A stretch of DNA of 64,000 nt, from contig CM059432.1 in NCBI GenBank assembly GCA_030390025.1, forward strand, positions 70,496,001 through 70,560,000, given 5' to 3'. The notes beneath the pieces were generated by a model. It made no database searches. It worked only from the letters and a program-made list of their open reading frames with translations, and was not told the DNA's origin. The stretch comes from Squalus acanthias (Eukaryota). Position numbers and translations under genes: made by a program. Shown in pieces: positions 23,255-36,020 of this stretch; the first letter of the stretch is position 1; every line of letters starts with the position of its first letter.

Positions 23255-23828
23255 AGGAACAAGAGTAGGCCATTCAGCCCTTCAAACCTGTTCTGCCATT
23301 CAATGAGATCATGACTGATCTGTGACCTAACTCCATATACTCACCTTTGCCCATATCCCTTAATATCTTTGGTTAACAAAAATCTACCAAACTCTGATTT
23401 AAAATTAACAATTGATCTAGCATCAACTGCCATTTGCAGAAGAGAATTCCAAACTTCTACCACCCTTTGTGTGTAGAAGTGTTTCATAACTTCACTCCTG
23501 AAAGGCCTGACTTGAAATTTTAGACTGTGCCCCCCCCCCCCCCCCCCCCTAGTCCTAGATTCCCCAACCAGCGGAAATAGTTTCTCTCTATCTACGCTAT
23601 CCTATCAGTTCCCCTTAATATCATGAAAAATTAGATCAAATCACCCCTTAACTGTCTAAATTCCAGGGAGTACAACACTAGTTTGTGTAAAAACTCCTTG
23701 TAATTTAACCCTTGGAGTCGAGGTATCATTCTGGTAAATCTACACTGCACTCCTTCCAAGGCCAATATATCCTTCTGAAGGTGTGGTGCCCAGAACTGAA
23801 TACAGTACTCCAGGTGTGGTCTAACTAG
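23255..23828 (-). mobile_element. CR1 3' fragment containing a poly-C run (about 23530-23549)
   Basis: ggaacaagagtaggccattcagccc 3' motif; cccagaactgaatacagtactccagg (LEYCIQFWAP reversed). Confidence 0.85.
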
Positions 23829-24119
23829 CCCTGTTTTATTTGTTTAGATGAACTGGCATATGCTAGCTGATCAGATTTATGACAAATGAGTTTTAGATCT
23901 GAATTATCAAACTAACAATAGTTTTAATTTTGTTTTGTAGAACTCAGTAATTTCTCTTGCTATTGAAATGTAACAGATTTGATCATAATGTAGGTTAAAG
24001 AGCTGAAAGACTGGATATCTTGAGCTCATTGTCTGACTGAAAAATGGTGTTGAGACTTGGTAGCAGCCACTGTCACTCCTGACTCTAATGAAGGTGAACA
24101 TTTTCACAACTCAATAACT

Positions 24120-24360
24120 AACAGCAACAAAAACAGCCCAATGTGCTTCAGAGGCTTAAAGCAAAAGAAAATGGATATGAAGCCAAAAAGGAGATATTAA
24201 GAGGGGTGACCAAAAACTTGGTCAAAGTGGTGGGATTTAAGGAAGAAAGGGACCTGGAGGGGTTTTGGGAGGAACCGTGCCTTCAGCTGCCTATGGTGAA
24301 GCGAAGGGGAAGGGGAAGGGGGAGGGGGAGGAGGATGCACAAAAGGACTCTGGTTAGGAT
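24120..24360 (-). mobile_element. L2-type 3' fragment
   Basis: Similar to 14716-15205 (gccaaaaaggagatattaagaggggtgaccaaaaacttggtcaaag). Confidence 0.55.
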
Positions 24361-25294
24361 TTTCAGCTTGTTTTTATTTCCCATTACAATGAAGAGCAAT
24401 GATCCTGGGCATGAGGCTGATAAGTTTGGCAATTATAAAACTTCTAATTCTCCAAAAGTAAGAAGTAAGAATGACAATAATAGTGCAAAACTTGACATTG
24501 GGTCAACTTCATTAAGATATAATGTAACTTTTACAACAGATTTTCAACAGACCTGGGTGAAAGGGATATGTTGGTATGTCTAAATGTAGTAAGTTTCTCT
24601 ATCCTTTGTGAAAACATTTTTAGAAGATGCATTTCTTAAAATTTACCTTTGTTTCATATTCTATATAATTTTTTGCCATTTGTGGGTTAGACTTGTTTGT
24701 ACAGGAGCCTGGAGAACAAAATTGCTATAGGGAGCAGACTTATTTGGTTGAAAAAGTTTTAAATTTCACATGGTTAGGGGACATTTAAAAGTTAAATCCT
24801 CTTCAACCCACCTTAGCAAAGCCAGTTACACCCATGTATTCCTTATTGTTATGGCGGTAATGATGCAAAATGTGATGAATGATATCACTCAGTCGCTACC
24901 GCACAATTTAAATACACTCAACCAAATTTGGACATAAGTATTTAATGCCTGCCATCACCGTCGACAGGAAATCCCTGAAGTGACAGTGATCCCAGTAGTG
25001 AATCAGTGGAATGGCTTCTCATTTGGTTTGTTGCCCCTGTACAACTCAAATCAGTCATAAATTGAATGGATTTCAGCATAATATCGTGGCTCATATGTGG
25101 TCATGAGGCAAGATGACGTGAGTTATGAAAATCAATAGATTCACCTGGGGAAAAACTAACATCATTCCTTATTTCTATAAAGGAATATTTTTCTAATAAG
25201 TTAATTTATTCTGTGCATGATATATTGGTTGTTCTGTACCCAATTTATGAATTATTCTGTTTGTTTTTGAGTATGTTTTTGAAAGGGATGATTT

Positions 25295-25755
25295 GGGGGT
25301 CGATTTTAACTCCTAGTGGGAAACCACGGGAGTCGGTTACTTTCGGACCTACCCGGCAGCATCATGAGGCCACAGCAATTTTAACCGCCGAGCCGCAATA
25401 CCATGCCATCATTCCGCTTCCTGCCCCTTCTGGGTGGGAAGTGAGTGAGAGGCACCCATCAGCTTCACTTAAGTCGGGCTCCTCCTGGCCCCACAAAGGA
25501 AAGACGCAGAGGCCTCCCCAGTCAGGCCCAAGTTAAAATGTCGTTGAGATCCAATTGACGTCATCAGACCCTGATTTGCATATGTCAATTCGGATCCCAT
25601 CAGCTTCAGGCAGGTGCTTTTGCTGCCTCCTTAGACGAACAGGTTAAAATTGGACACTGGGGGATCCAGGTGGCTTTCCTGGTAACTAACTCAAGACATT
25701 TTAACTGCCCACATGCCTGATTTCTGCTGAGTGGGTAAGGTTAAATTCCATCCTC
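25295..25755. mobile_element. Decayed Harbinger-type MITE
   Basis: gggggtcgattttaac ... ggttaaattccatcc ends; internal tgacgtcatca and ttttaac motifs shared with other MITEs here. Confidence 0.55.
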
Positions 25756-26869
25756 TTACTGAGTTTTTGTATGCCTATACATTCTATGATCTAGTTTATT
25801 GGTGAGCATTTTACTCTCTCTGTTGATGTGTCTTGATTTTAAACCTCTGATTGAAAGGTGCCTTCAATAATGTCAGGTAATTGCACTTTTATTTTCGTCG
25901 GACTCTATATTGAAATTCCATTCTCTGCATTTCAGAAAATGTACTCTACAGTTTAAATGCTTCTGGAGATGATTTTTTCTCTCCATGTACATGCCCAATG
26001 AGGAGCAATGGAAGGGCAGTGGGCACCTTATTCAGGGCTGGCATACTTCTACCAGTGCAGTGGGGTTTTTTTGTGTCTTTTTAAATAGAGGAAAAACATA
26101 GCCAACAATAGTATTCTATGAAAATAAAACCAAACAAGATGTTACTTTACAAAAAAATAAATAAACGTGTTGAGTGGTTAGGACTTCAAACACAGGATGT
26201 GTCAAGACTTTGTTTATGTCTGCTACAGTATTGTGAAATATGTTTTGTTCAAGCCCAAAGATAGTGATCATTTAATTAAGTACAAAGTCAATGATAGCTG
26301 TTCACCTATCTATCAATGTCAACACTAGTTACCAAAAGTTGAAAAAAGTGTCATTTGAATCTGCACTTAAACATGAGGTTACATAAAAGTTAATAGAATG
26401 CAAAAAGGTCACTTGGCCTATTGAGTTTAAATCTCCACAGGCTGTATACTATCCACTCGGTCAGTGACTGTACCCACCCATATAATCTACTCTAGAAAGG
26501 CTCTGCAAATTCTCACTTTTTCCCCTCCTTGGTAAATTGAGCTAACCAGAATGCAATGTCAATTTTGGCGGCGAACGCCATAGATTACACCATGGGCTCC
26601 CGGGTTGTCCAGTGACTAATTCAGGGAACAATTTGCTGGGAATATAATTAGAATATGCCGCAGTGAGCAGTGGCTTATTTGTGACTTTTTTTACTTGCAC
26701 TATTTTGGATCATTCGCATGCCACCAACAGCTGGACCTTCATTTTGTTCCTCTAGCAGTTCAAATTGTTTTCACTGTCCTATGCTCACACTGCTTTTTCA
26801 TTGTTTTTTCTCCTGCCCTTTGTATCTTGCTGCTACTTTATCTCCTAGTTAAAAGAAAGAACTTTGATT

Positions 26870-27955
26870 TCCACTAGCTGGAGTCATGCCTAGCACAAAG
26901 GAAGATAGTTGTGGTTGTTGGAGGCCAATTATCTCAGCCCCAGGACATCACTGCAGAAGTTCCTCAGGGCAGTGTCCTAGGCCCAACCATCTTCAGCTGC
27001 TTCATCAATGACCTTCCCTCCATCATGAGGTCAGAAGTGGGGATGTTCGTTGATGATTGCGCAGTGTTCAGTTCCATTCGGACCTCCTCAGATAATGAAG
27101 CAGTCCGTGCCCGCGTGCAGCAAGACCGAGATGACATTCAAGCTTGGGCTGATAAGTGGCAAGTAACATTCCAGCCACACAAGTGCCAGGCAATGACTAT
27201 CTCCAACAAAAGCATGTCTAACCACCGCCCCTTGACATTCAACAACATTAGCATCGCCGAATCCCCCGACATCAACATCCTGGGGGTCACCATTGACCAG
27301 AAGCTTAACTGGACCAGCCACATAAATACTGTGGCAGCAAGAGCAGGTCAGAGGCTAGGTATTCTGCGGCGAGTGTCTCACCTACTGACTCCCCAAAGCC
27401 TTTCCACCCATCTACAAGGCACAAGTCAGGAGTGTAATGAAATACTTCCCACTTGCCTGGATGAGTGCAGCTCCAACAACACTCAAGAAGCTCGAAACCA
27501 TCCAGGACAAAGCAGCCCATTTGATTGGCACCCCATCCACCACCTTAAACATTCACTGACTCCACCATCAGCGTACCGTGGCTGCAGTGTGTACCATCTA
27601 CAAGATGCACTGCAGCAACTTGCCAAGGCTTCTTCGACAGCACCTCCCAAACCCATGACCTCTACCACCTAGAAGGACAACAGCAGCAGACACATGGGAA
27701 CACCACCACCTCCAAGTTCCCCTCCAAGTCACACACCATCCTGACGTGGAAATATATCGCCGTTCCTTCATCATCGTTGGGTCAAAATCCTGGAACTCCC
27801 TCCCCAATAGCACTATGGGAGTACCTTCACCACATGGACTGCAGTAGTTCAAGAAGGTGGCTCACCATTACCTTCTCAAGGGCAATTAGGGATGGGCAAT
27901 AAATGCTGGCCTTGCCAGCGATGCCACGTCCCAGGGACGAATAAAATTTTAAAAA
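26870..27955 (+). mobile_element. 5'-truncated copy of the 9536-13618 LINE family
   Basis: ORF 26911-27672 (VPQGSVLGPTIF, FVDD) and the same 3' end aagggcaattagggatgggcaataaatgctgg. Confidence 0.9.
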
Positions 27956-28197
27956 TATAGCTCTTTTAACAGGCTCAGAATGTCCCAAAGCCCTTCCTTG
28001 TTGTGACATTTCAATAATCCCAGCAGCTCAAGAACTGTTCCACACAACATTGAATCAATTTAGTGAGAAATGTCTATGGCTGTAAGCTGTTCTACAGACT
28101 ATTAAAGGTAGTGCACTTTCAGCATTTGGGGTTTCCTCTAGTTGTCTTTCTCCACTTAACTTCTCCAGCAACCTTCCTGCTGTCATTGGAACTTAAT

Positions 28198-28919
28198 GGG
28201 CCAGAAATTCGGGTCTCCACGGGTGAGTACGCGCTGTGTACTCACCCGTAGACCCAACAAAAGTGCCGGTTTCGCGCATGCGCTGGAAACCGGAACTTCC
28301 GTTCCCCTGAAGGAAGGGGTTCAGAGGTCGAACGCGTGCGCCGGAGAGGCAGCGCGCACGCAGCGAACTTCATTTTTTTCAGGTTTCTCCGTGAGGGTAA
28401 GTACGGAGAAGCTGCGCAGGAAAAAAGGAGGCGCAAGGCCTGCTTTTAACAAGGTAAGTGGTGAATTAAGTACAATTTAAACATTTTTTCAACAGGTTTA
28501 TCTTTTTTACATACTTTAAACAAAGGTAAGTTTATTTTTAGCACCGTTAAAAAGTGTAATTAATTTTTCCAAAAATTTAAATTTTTGTTTAAAGTAGTTA
28601 ATTTATGTAATTTATAGTTATTTTAAAAATGTGATTTTTAAAAAAAATTATTTGAAGTTTTAGTGAGGTTTTGGGGCCGATCTCTATTCATAAAATCTGG
28701 AAATTCCCTGCTCCGATTGGCTCTCCATGGCCCACGTGATCCCAGGGGACGCTTCGAACTAACTGCGCCCCTGGGATACGCAAGCACTGCGCGCCGGCAG
28801 GTGCAGGAGGCCCAGGAGCTGAATTTCACGTGGGCCCGAAGCACAACGGCAGGCGCGCTAGGTAAGTACGCGCGCGATCCTTGCACCCGCAGGAAGCCGG
28901 AGAGCCGAATTTCTGGCCC
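28198..28919. mobile_element. Young Harbinger-type MITE
   Basis: Perfect 15-bp TIR gggccagaaattcgg/ccgaatttctggccc; TSD aat; CpG-rich arms and an AT-rich centre. Confidence 0.9.
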
Positions 28920-29889
28920 AATCTGGAACTGTCTTGTTGGCTCAAAATCAATTACTTCTAGCTCCTTCCTCAGGTTATAAAGGAAAGAAAACTCTTGCTC
29001 TGGTAATTTGCTCAAACCACGAGTTGCTATGGCAAATGCAATAAAACTTGCAATCCTTGCAGCCTTTTTTTTTTACAGGGTCCAGAGTTTGCCTTTAAAA
29101 CTAGCATAGCCATCATACTTCCTATCTAGAAATAAACAGTGAACTAATTGTACAGAAGCTTGGAAAAAGTTATCCAAATTGGAAAAATCTATTTAACTAA
29201 GTTTACTCTGCACTTGCATAAAATACTTTCACTTAGGCTACTTTATCAAGTTTATTTTGAGCTGTCAGTTTGACACTGCAGTATCTTGTACCAGATCTAT
29301 AACAGTGACAGTTACAATTCGGCAAAATGAGAATTGGAGTATGCGCCTCATAAACTTGAAAGAAATACCTGAACTCTGCCTTACATTGATTTTGATATTT
29401 TACTTTTTTGCCTTCTCATTTTGAAGGCAATACATCGTTAGTAAGACTGAAGTTTGGTTCACAGAAAAAACAACTTTTATATTTTTGAATACATTTTACT
29501 TTGGCCTTTCCCATAAAATGTGGAAATGGTTAATCATTTAAAAGACAGATTCCTTCATTTGTGGGGTTTGACCTATATGACTAAATTGAATATAGTTCAC
29601 CAGAGGCTATCTGTTTTCTCTTTCCTCCAGCTTATTCTCCTTTTTCCTGTACTGTGAATGTAGCTTTATCTATGAATCTTTTATGACGTATTTCATTGTT
29701 CAGTTTCATATATTCGCCGACAACGAGTCTTTTTTTGTAAACACTTAACACTACCATAAGTGAGCTTTTATGCTATTTAACAAAACGGGGATTTGTTCCT
29801 GTTTTCAATATAATAAGTTCTTCTAAATTAATAATCTTAGGCACAGGAAAAAGGTCTTTAAGCACAAATGGGCCTGTCCTTTCTTTCAC

Positions 29890-30700
29890 AGATCAGCCCC
29901 ACCTACCATATCCCTCAATCCCTTCTCTCTCGTCCAATTCTCTCTTGAGGCCATTTATACTGCCTGCTACAATGGCTTTCCTTGGAAACTTATTTCATTA
30001 TTCTATTGCTCTTTGTGTGGAATAAGTTCTGCTGACTTCCTTCAAAATTTTTAATTGTGTTCTCTTTACCACAGTCAACAACTTGCCTATATCAGTTTTG
30101 TTAGCTCCTTTCATAATCTTGAAAACTTAAATAAAATTGCTTTAAAGTTTCCTCTATTCCAAAGTAAACAAGCCGAACTTCCTTAACTTTTCTTCATAAT
30201 AAAATCCTGGAATCCTTTCTGTTGCTCACCCCTGTATCCTCTCAAAGGCAGTAATATGCTTCCTGTGGTTAGTTGATTAGAACTCCACACAATATTCCAG
30301 ATGGGGTCTGAACCATGCCTTAGTATTCAGTCCCTCTGCTAATGTAACCGAGTGTCTCGTATGCCTTTTATGACGACTTTGGCACTTCACAGGTTTATTC
30401 ATGATGGGGCCTTGTTCTCTTTCATGATCTGTATGCTGTGACATTGTTCCATTCAACATGTATTTACGACTTTGGTTCTCAAAAGCACCCTCTGGGGTGC
30501 CTTAATTGTAATCTTCCAAATTCCCGTTTACTGCTACTTTTGTTCTCCTATTTTTGTCCATTATTATATTTAACTTCCTATTCTGTGATTCCTTACCTTA
30601 GCCATTAATTCCGGATGTGAAACCTTGTCAAAAGCTATCCAAAAATCCAAGTATGTAGTATTTACTCTTTTTACTGCATTTCCTCTGTTCATCACGTCTT
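29890..30700 (-). mobile_element. Old CR1 fragment
   Basis: ORF 30277-30459 ends FRPHLEYCVEF; degenerate CR1 3' UTR at about 29880-29960. Confidence 0.55.
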
Positions 30701-31294
30701 TGAGAAAAGGGGTGGCAGGGAGCAGCTAGATTTTTTTTCTCTCATTGTTATGTGTTTGGAACATTGTGAACATAGTGGCAGGATTTCCTTTGGTTGTACA
30801 TATGTTCTTTTAGAGCAATTTACGATATTGCTAGAAATAGCGAACAGAAAATCTTGATGCTATGTTTACTATCACTATTCAAAACTTAAATCTTAACCCA
30901 ACGTTCCCTGTTCTCCCATCTCCCAGTTAATTTTGGAAAGCTTTCGATATGGATTTATTTCAGAGATTACTTAAGATTAGGACCCACAGAATAGGAGATC
31001 AAATAGGGGTTCAAAAGCAGAAAAATTAATAGGACCTTAAAATTATCCCATGTTATGTTAATGTTATGTTAATACTAAAAGCATTAGAAATAACATTTTA
31101 GAGTTAGTCATATGCAGGTATTAGACAGCTTAGATATTCTAGGTAACTCCTGAAACATGGGTCTATTTTCTTTGGGCCATTGGAGTAACAATAGGTTAGC
31201 CCAATGCCACTGGGAGAAATGATTCTACAGGGGCCCCGGTAGAAAGGCACTACTAAAACAATGCAGGTACATATAAATGACAGTGGTTTCATTA

Positions 31295-33092
31295 TTTTTT
31301 AAATTAATTCCTGAGATGTGGGCGTCGCTGGCAATGCCAGCATTTAGTGCCCATCCCTAATTGCCCTTGAGAAGGTGGTGGTGAGCCGCCGCCTTGAACC
31401 GCTGTAGTCCGTGTGGTGAAGGTACTCCCACAGTATTGTTAGGGAGGGAGTTCCAGGAATTTGACCAAGTGACGATGAAGGAACGGCGATATATTTCCAA
31501 GTCAGGATGGTGTGTGACTTGGAGGGGAACTTGGAGATGATGGTGTTCCCATGCACCTACTGCCCTTGTCCTTCTAGGTGGTAGAGGTCTCGGGTTTGGG
31601 AGGTGCTGCCGAAGAAGCCTTGGCCAGTTGCTGCAGTGCAGGTGGAGGGAGTGAATGTTTAAGGTGGTGGATAGGGTGCCAATCAAGTGGGCTGCTTTGT
31701 CCTGGATGGTGTCGAACTTCTTGAGTGTTGTTGGAGCTGCACTCATCCAGGCAAGTGGAGAGTATTCTACCACACTCCTGACTTATGCCTTGTAGATGGT
31801 GGAAAGGCTTTGGGGAGTCTGGAGGTGAGGCACTCACTGCAGAATACCCAGCCTCTGACCTGCTGTTGTAGTCACCGTATTTATGTGGTTGGTCCAGTTA
31901 AGTTTCTGGTCAATGGTGACCCCCAGAATGTTGATGTTGGGGGATTCGGTGGTGGTAATGTTGTTGAATGTCAAGAGTGGTTAGACTCGCTCTTGTTGGA
32001 GATAGTCATTGCCTGGCACTTGTGTGGCATGAATCTTACTTGCCACTTATCAGCCCAAGCCTGAATGTCGTCCAGGTCTTGCTGCATGCGGGCACGGACT
32101 GCTTCATTATCTGAGGAGTTACAAATGAACTGAACACTGTGCAAACATCTCCACCTCTGACCTTTATGATGGAGGGAAGGTTATTGATGAAGCAGCTGAA
32201 GATGGTTGGGTCTAGGACACTGCACTGAGGAACTCCAGCAGCGATGTCCTGGGGCTGAGATGATTGACGTCCAACAACCACAGCCATAAGAACATAAGTA
32301 ATAGGAGCAGGAGTAGGCCATTTGGCCCTTCGAGCCTGCTCCGCCATTCAATAAGATCATGGCTGATCTTCTACCTCATCTCCACTTTCCTGCATGATCC
32401 CCATATCCCTTGATTCCCATAATATTCAAAAATCTATCGATCTCTGTCTTGAATATACTCAACAACTGAACCTCCACAGCCCTCTGGGGTAGAGAATTCC
32501 AAAGATTCACCACCCTCTTGAGTGAAGAAATTTCTCCTCATCTCAGTCCTAAATGGCCAACCCCTTATTCTGAGACTGTGACCCCTGGTTCTAGACTCCC
32601 CAGCCATCTACCCTGTCAAGCCCTGTAAGAATTTTGTATGTTTCAATGAGATCACCTCTCATTCTAAACTCTGGAGAATATAGGCCTAGTCTACTCAATT
32701 TCTCATCATAGGACAATCCCCCCATCCCAGGAACCAGTCTGGTGAACCTTTGTTGCACTCCCTCTGTGGAAAGTATATCCTTCCTTGGCCAGATTGGATA
32801 TGTCGTGCTTTTTGTGGACCGGACATACCTGGGCAGTTTTCCACATTGTCAGGTAGATACCAGTGTTGTAGCTGTACTGGAACAGTTTGGCTAGAGGCTT
32901 GGCTCGTCTTCAACATGACAGCCGGGATGTTGTCTGGGCCCATAACCTTTGCTGTATCCAGTGCGCTCAGCCGTTTCTTGATATCACGTGGAGTGAATCG
33001 AATTTGCTGAAGACTGGCTTCTGTGATAGTGGGGACCTCGGGAGGGGGCCAAGATGGATCATCCACTCGGAACTTCAGGCTGAAGATGGTTG
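31295..33092 (-). mobile_element. 5'-truncated copy of the 9536-13618 LINE family, interrupted by CR1
   Basis: ORFs 31357-31773 and 32695-33150 match the 11.1-13.6 kb sequence. Confidence 0.9.
32286..32786 (-). mobile_element. CR1 3' fragment nested in LINE
   Basis: cataagaacataag tail plus ggagcaggagtaggccattt stem-loop and RT C-terminus. Confidence 0.85.
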
Positions 33093-33305
33093 AAGGTAAT
33101 GTTTTGCAGTGCCGCCAGTTGAGGAAACCTTTCAGTGAACTGATGGACACCCAGGCATATAATTAGGGCTCGATAAAGAAGTAAGCAGTTGGAGCAACCC
33201 CGTTCTCCTCTTCCCCAACCCCACTAATTTTGAACATTCTGGATCACCATGTAGATGCACCAGGAGGTCCTCCAATCTACCTGCACACCAGGCAACCAGA
33301 GGTGA

Positions 33306-33432
33306 ATAGTAACAGAAAATGCTGGAGATACTCAGCAGGTCAGGCAGCATCTGTGAAGAGAGAAACAGAGTTAACGTTTCAGGTCGATGACCTTTTGCCA
33401 GTTCTGACGAAAGGTCATCGACCTGAAACGTT
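33306..33432. mobile_element. Inverted Penelope pLTR pair with hammerhead core (+ core 33400-33432)
   Basis: The - arm 33306-33395 is the reverse complement of 255-345. The + arm agttctgacgaaaggtcatcgacctgaaacgtt is truncated by a Harbinger end. Confidence 0.8.
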
Positions 33433-33658
33433 GGGCTGGATTTTGTCTTGGGGTCGTGTAATCCGCATTTCGTGTTTCCCCCCCGACTCCAGATTAATGT
33501 GGATGAATGATGCAATTTTCACTTAATTGGGCAATTGAGTTCCAGCATGTGGGAACCCATGAACCAATTAGTGGTTTCAGTCTGAAAGTCGCCTCTGATG
33601 ATGTCATCATTGCTGACTGCCTAGCCTCAGACTGTTGGTGAAAGAGGACCTGCCTGCC

Positions 33659-33660
<2 letters not shown>
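33433..33660. mobile_element. Harbinger terminal fragment related to the right end of 5875-9067
   Basis: TIR gggctggatttt; tgggaacccatg...cagtctgaaagtc...gatgtcatcattgctg matches the reverse complement of 8875-8940. Confidence 0.7.

Positions 33661-33691
<31 letters not shown>
33661..33691. repeat. (GA)15 microsatellite
   Basis: Read directly from the sequence. Confidence 0.95.
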
Positions 33692-33696
<5 letters not shown>

Positions 33697-33714
33697 TTAA
33701 ATATCAGATTACAT

Positions 33715-35430
33715 GAGATTAAATTGGATATACAGCACTGAAACAGTCCATTTGGCCCAACCAGCGTTTATGCTCCACTCGAGCCTCCACCCGTTTTTCC
33801 TCATTTAACTCTATCAGCATAACCCTCTATTCCCCTCTCCCTCAGATGCTTGTCCAGCCTCCCCTTAAAGGCATCTGTACGATTTGCTTCAACCACTCCC
33901 TGTGGTAGCGAGTTCCACATTCTCACCACTCTCTGGGTAAAGAAGTTTCTTCTGAATTCCCTATTGGATTTCTTGGTGACTATCTATCTTATATTGATGG
34001 TCTCTAGTTTTCCTCTTCCCCAGAAATGGAACATCCTCTCTATGTCTACACAATCAAAATCTTTCATAATTTTAAAGACCTCTATTAGGTCACCCCTCAG
34101 CCTTCTCTCCAAGAAAAAAGAGACCCAGCCTCTTCATCATTTCCTGATGGGTATAACCTCGCATTTCTGATATCATCCTTGTAAATCTTTTTTGCACCCT
34201 CTCCAGTGCCTCTATATCCTTTATATAATATGGTGACCAGAATTGTACACAGTATTCCAAGTGTGGTCAAACCAAGGTTCGATACAAGTTTAGCATAACT
34301 TCTCTACTTTTCAATTCTATCCCTCTAGAAATAAACCCGAGTGCTTGGTTTGCTTTTTTAGTGTCAAAATCCTGGAACTCCCTCCCTAACAGCACTATGG
34401 AAGTATCTTCACCACACGGACTGCAGTGGTTCAAGGCGGCTCACCACCACCTTCTCGAGGGCAGTTGGGGATGAGCAATAAATGCTGGCCTTGCCAGTGA
34501 CACCCACATCCCAGGAACGAATAAAAACAATTAACCTGCGTTGCTACCTTTAGTAATTTGTGTATTTGTACTCAGATCCCTTTGCTCTTCTACCCCACTT
34601 AGATTCTTACTTTCCAAGTGGCCTTATTTTTCTTACCAAAATGTAATACCTCACATTTATGTGTTGAAATTCATTTGCCAATGATATGCCCATTCTGCAA
34701 GTTTATTAATGTTGTCTTTTAACTTGTAGTCCTCCTCAGTATTGACTATCACCCCCAATTTGGTATCCTCCACAAATTTAGAAATTGTGTTTTTGATTCC
34801 AAACTCGAAATCATTAATATAAATTGTGAACAACATTGGTCCCAGCACTGATCCTTGTGGGACCCCACTTTCCACCTTCCGCCACTCTGAATGGCTACCC
34901 TTTACCCCTACTCTCTGCTTTTTGTCTTGAAGCCAGCTAGCTATTCATTCTGCTACTTGTCCCCGAATCCACATTCTCTGACCTTATTCATTAGTCTATT
35001 ATGTGGTACCTTATTGAGGGCCTTTTGGAAATCTAGATAAATTGCATCTACTGCATTACCCTTGTCTACTCTCTCTGTTACCTCTTCAAAGAATTCAATG
35101 AGGTTGGTCAAGCAAAACTTTCCCTTTTGAAATCCATGCTGGCTATTCATTAATATATTTTTAGTTTCTAGATGTTCTTCTGTGTTCTCCTTTTAGTAGG
35201 GATTCCATTATTTTTACTACCACCGATATTAAGCTGACTAGTCGATAGTTCCCTGGACATGTTCTATCTCCCTTCTTAACTATAGGTATTACGTTAGCTA
35301 TCCGCCAGTCCTCTGGCACTACACCTTTTTCTAATGAATTATTAAATATGTGTAATAGTGCCTCTACTATCTCTTCCCTAGATTCTTTTAAAATGTGCAG
35401 ATGTAATCCGTCTGGACCAGGGGTTTTGTC
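33715..35430 (-). mobile_element. CR1 ORF2 fragment (RT plus 3' end)
   Basis: ORFs 34657-34875 (GVPQGSVLGP) and 34953-35150 (QHGFQKGKFCLTNL). Confidence 0.85.
34362..34528 (+). mobile_element. Short 3' end of the 9536-13618 LINE family nested in CR1
   Basis: gtcaaaatcctggaactccctccctaacagcact...ataaatgctggccttgccag. Confidence 0.85.
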
Positions 35431-36020
35431 CTGAGTTTGATTTTATTTATTTAATATTTCTCATCTTTTTATTTTATATATTTATGATTAACTTTAATAT
35501 GATTTTAGGTTTTACTACCCCTTTCTGCTGGTTTTATGATTAATTTTATATAGTAAGTGTGGATGTCATAAAGTGGTTGAGATAAGGCATTGAACTTCAG
35601 CACCAGGAAGCTGTACTACTAGCAATCCAGTCCTTACCCTGGTGTATGACAGCAATCTTGCCATAACTTCTGTTATGTTGTCAGATTTAGTTCTGAAAAA
35701 CAAAGTCAGTAAGCAATTTTTTCCACCAATTAAAATATACTTGAATATCTTCACAGAATTAATGCTTCCTTTTGACACCTTTTGTCTCAAATTTCCCCGA
35801 ACTTGATTCTGTGTAAAAATGCCTGCTGCTGTACATGTGAGTCACTTCACACACGTCAGTGTTTTTTCACATTATGAGCTGCAAACTATTACATTCAACA
35901 CTTTGCCAGATCGTTCACCTCGGGAAATGTTAATATTAGCAATAAAGTTACATTGTAAAGTTCCTTGAGTTCTAGATCTTTAAAGAAATCTTTAAAATAG
36001 TTTAATTAGGAATAACGTAC

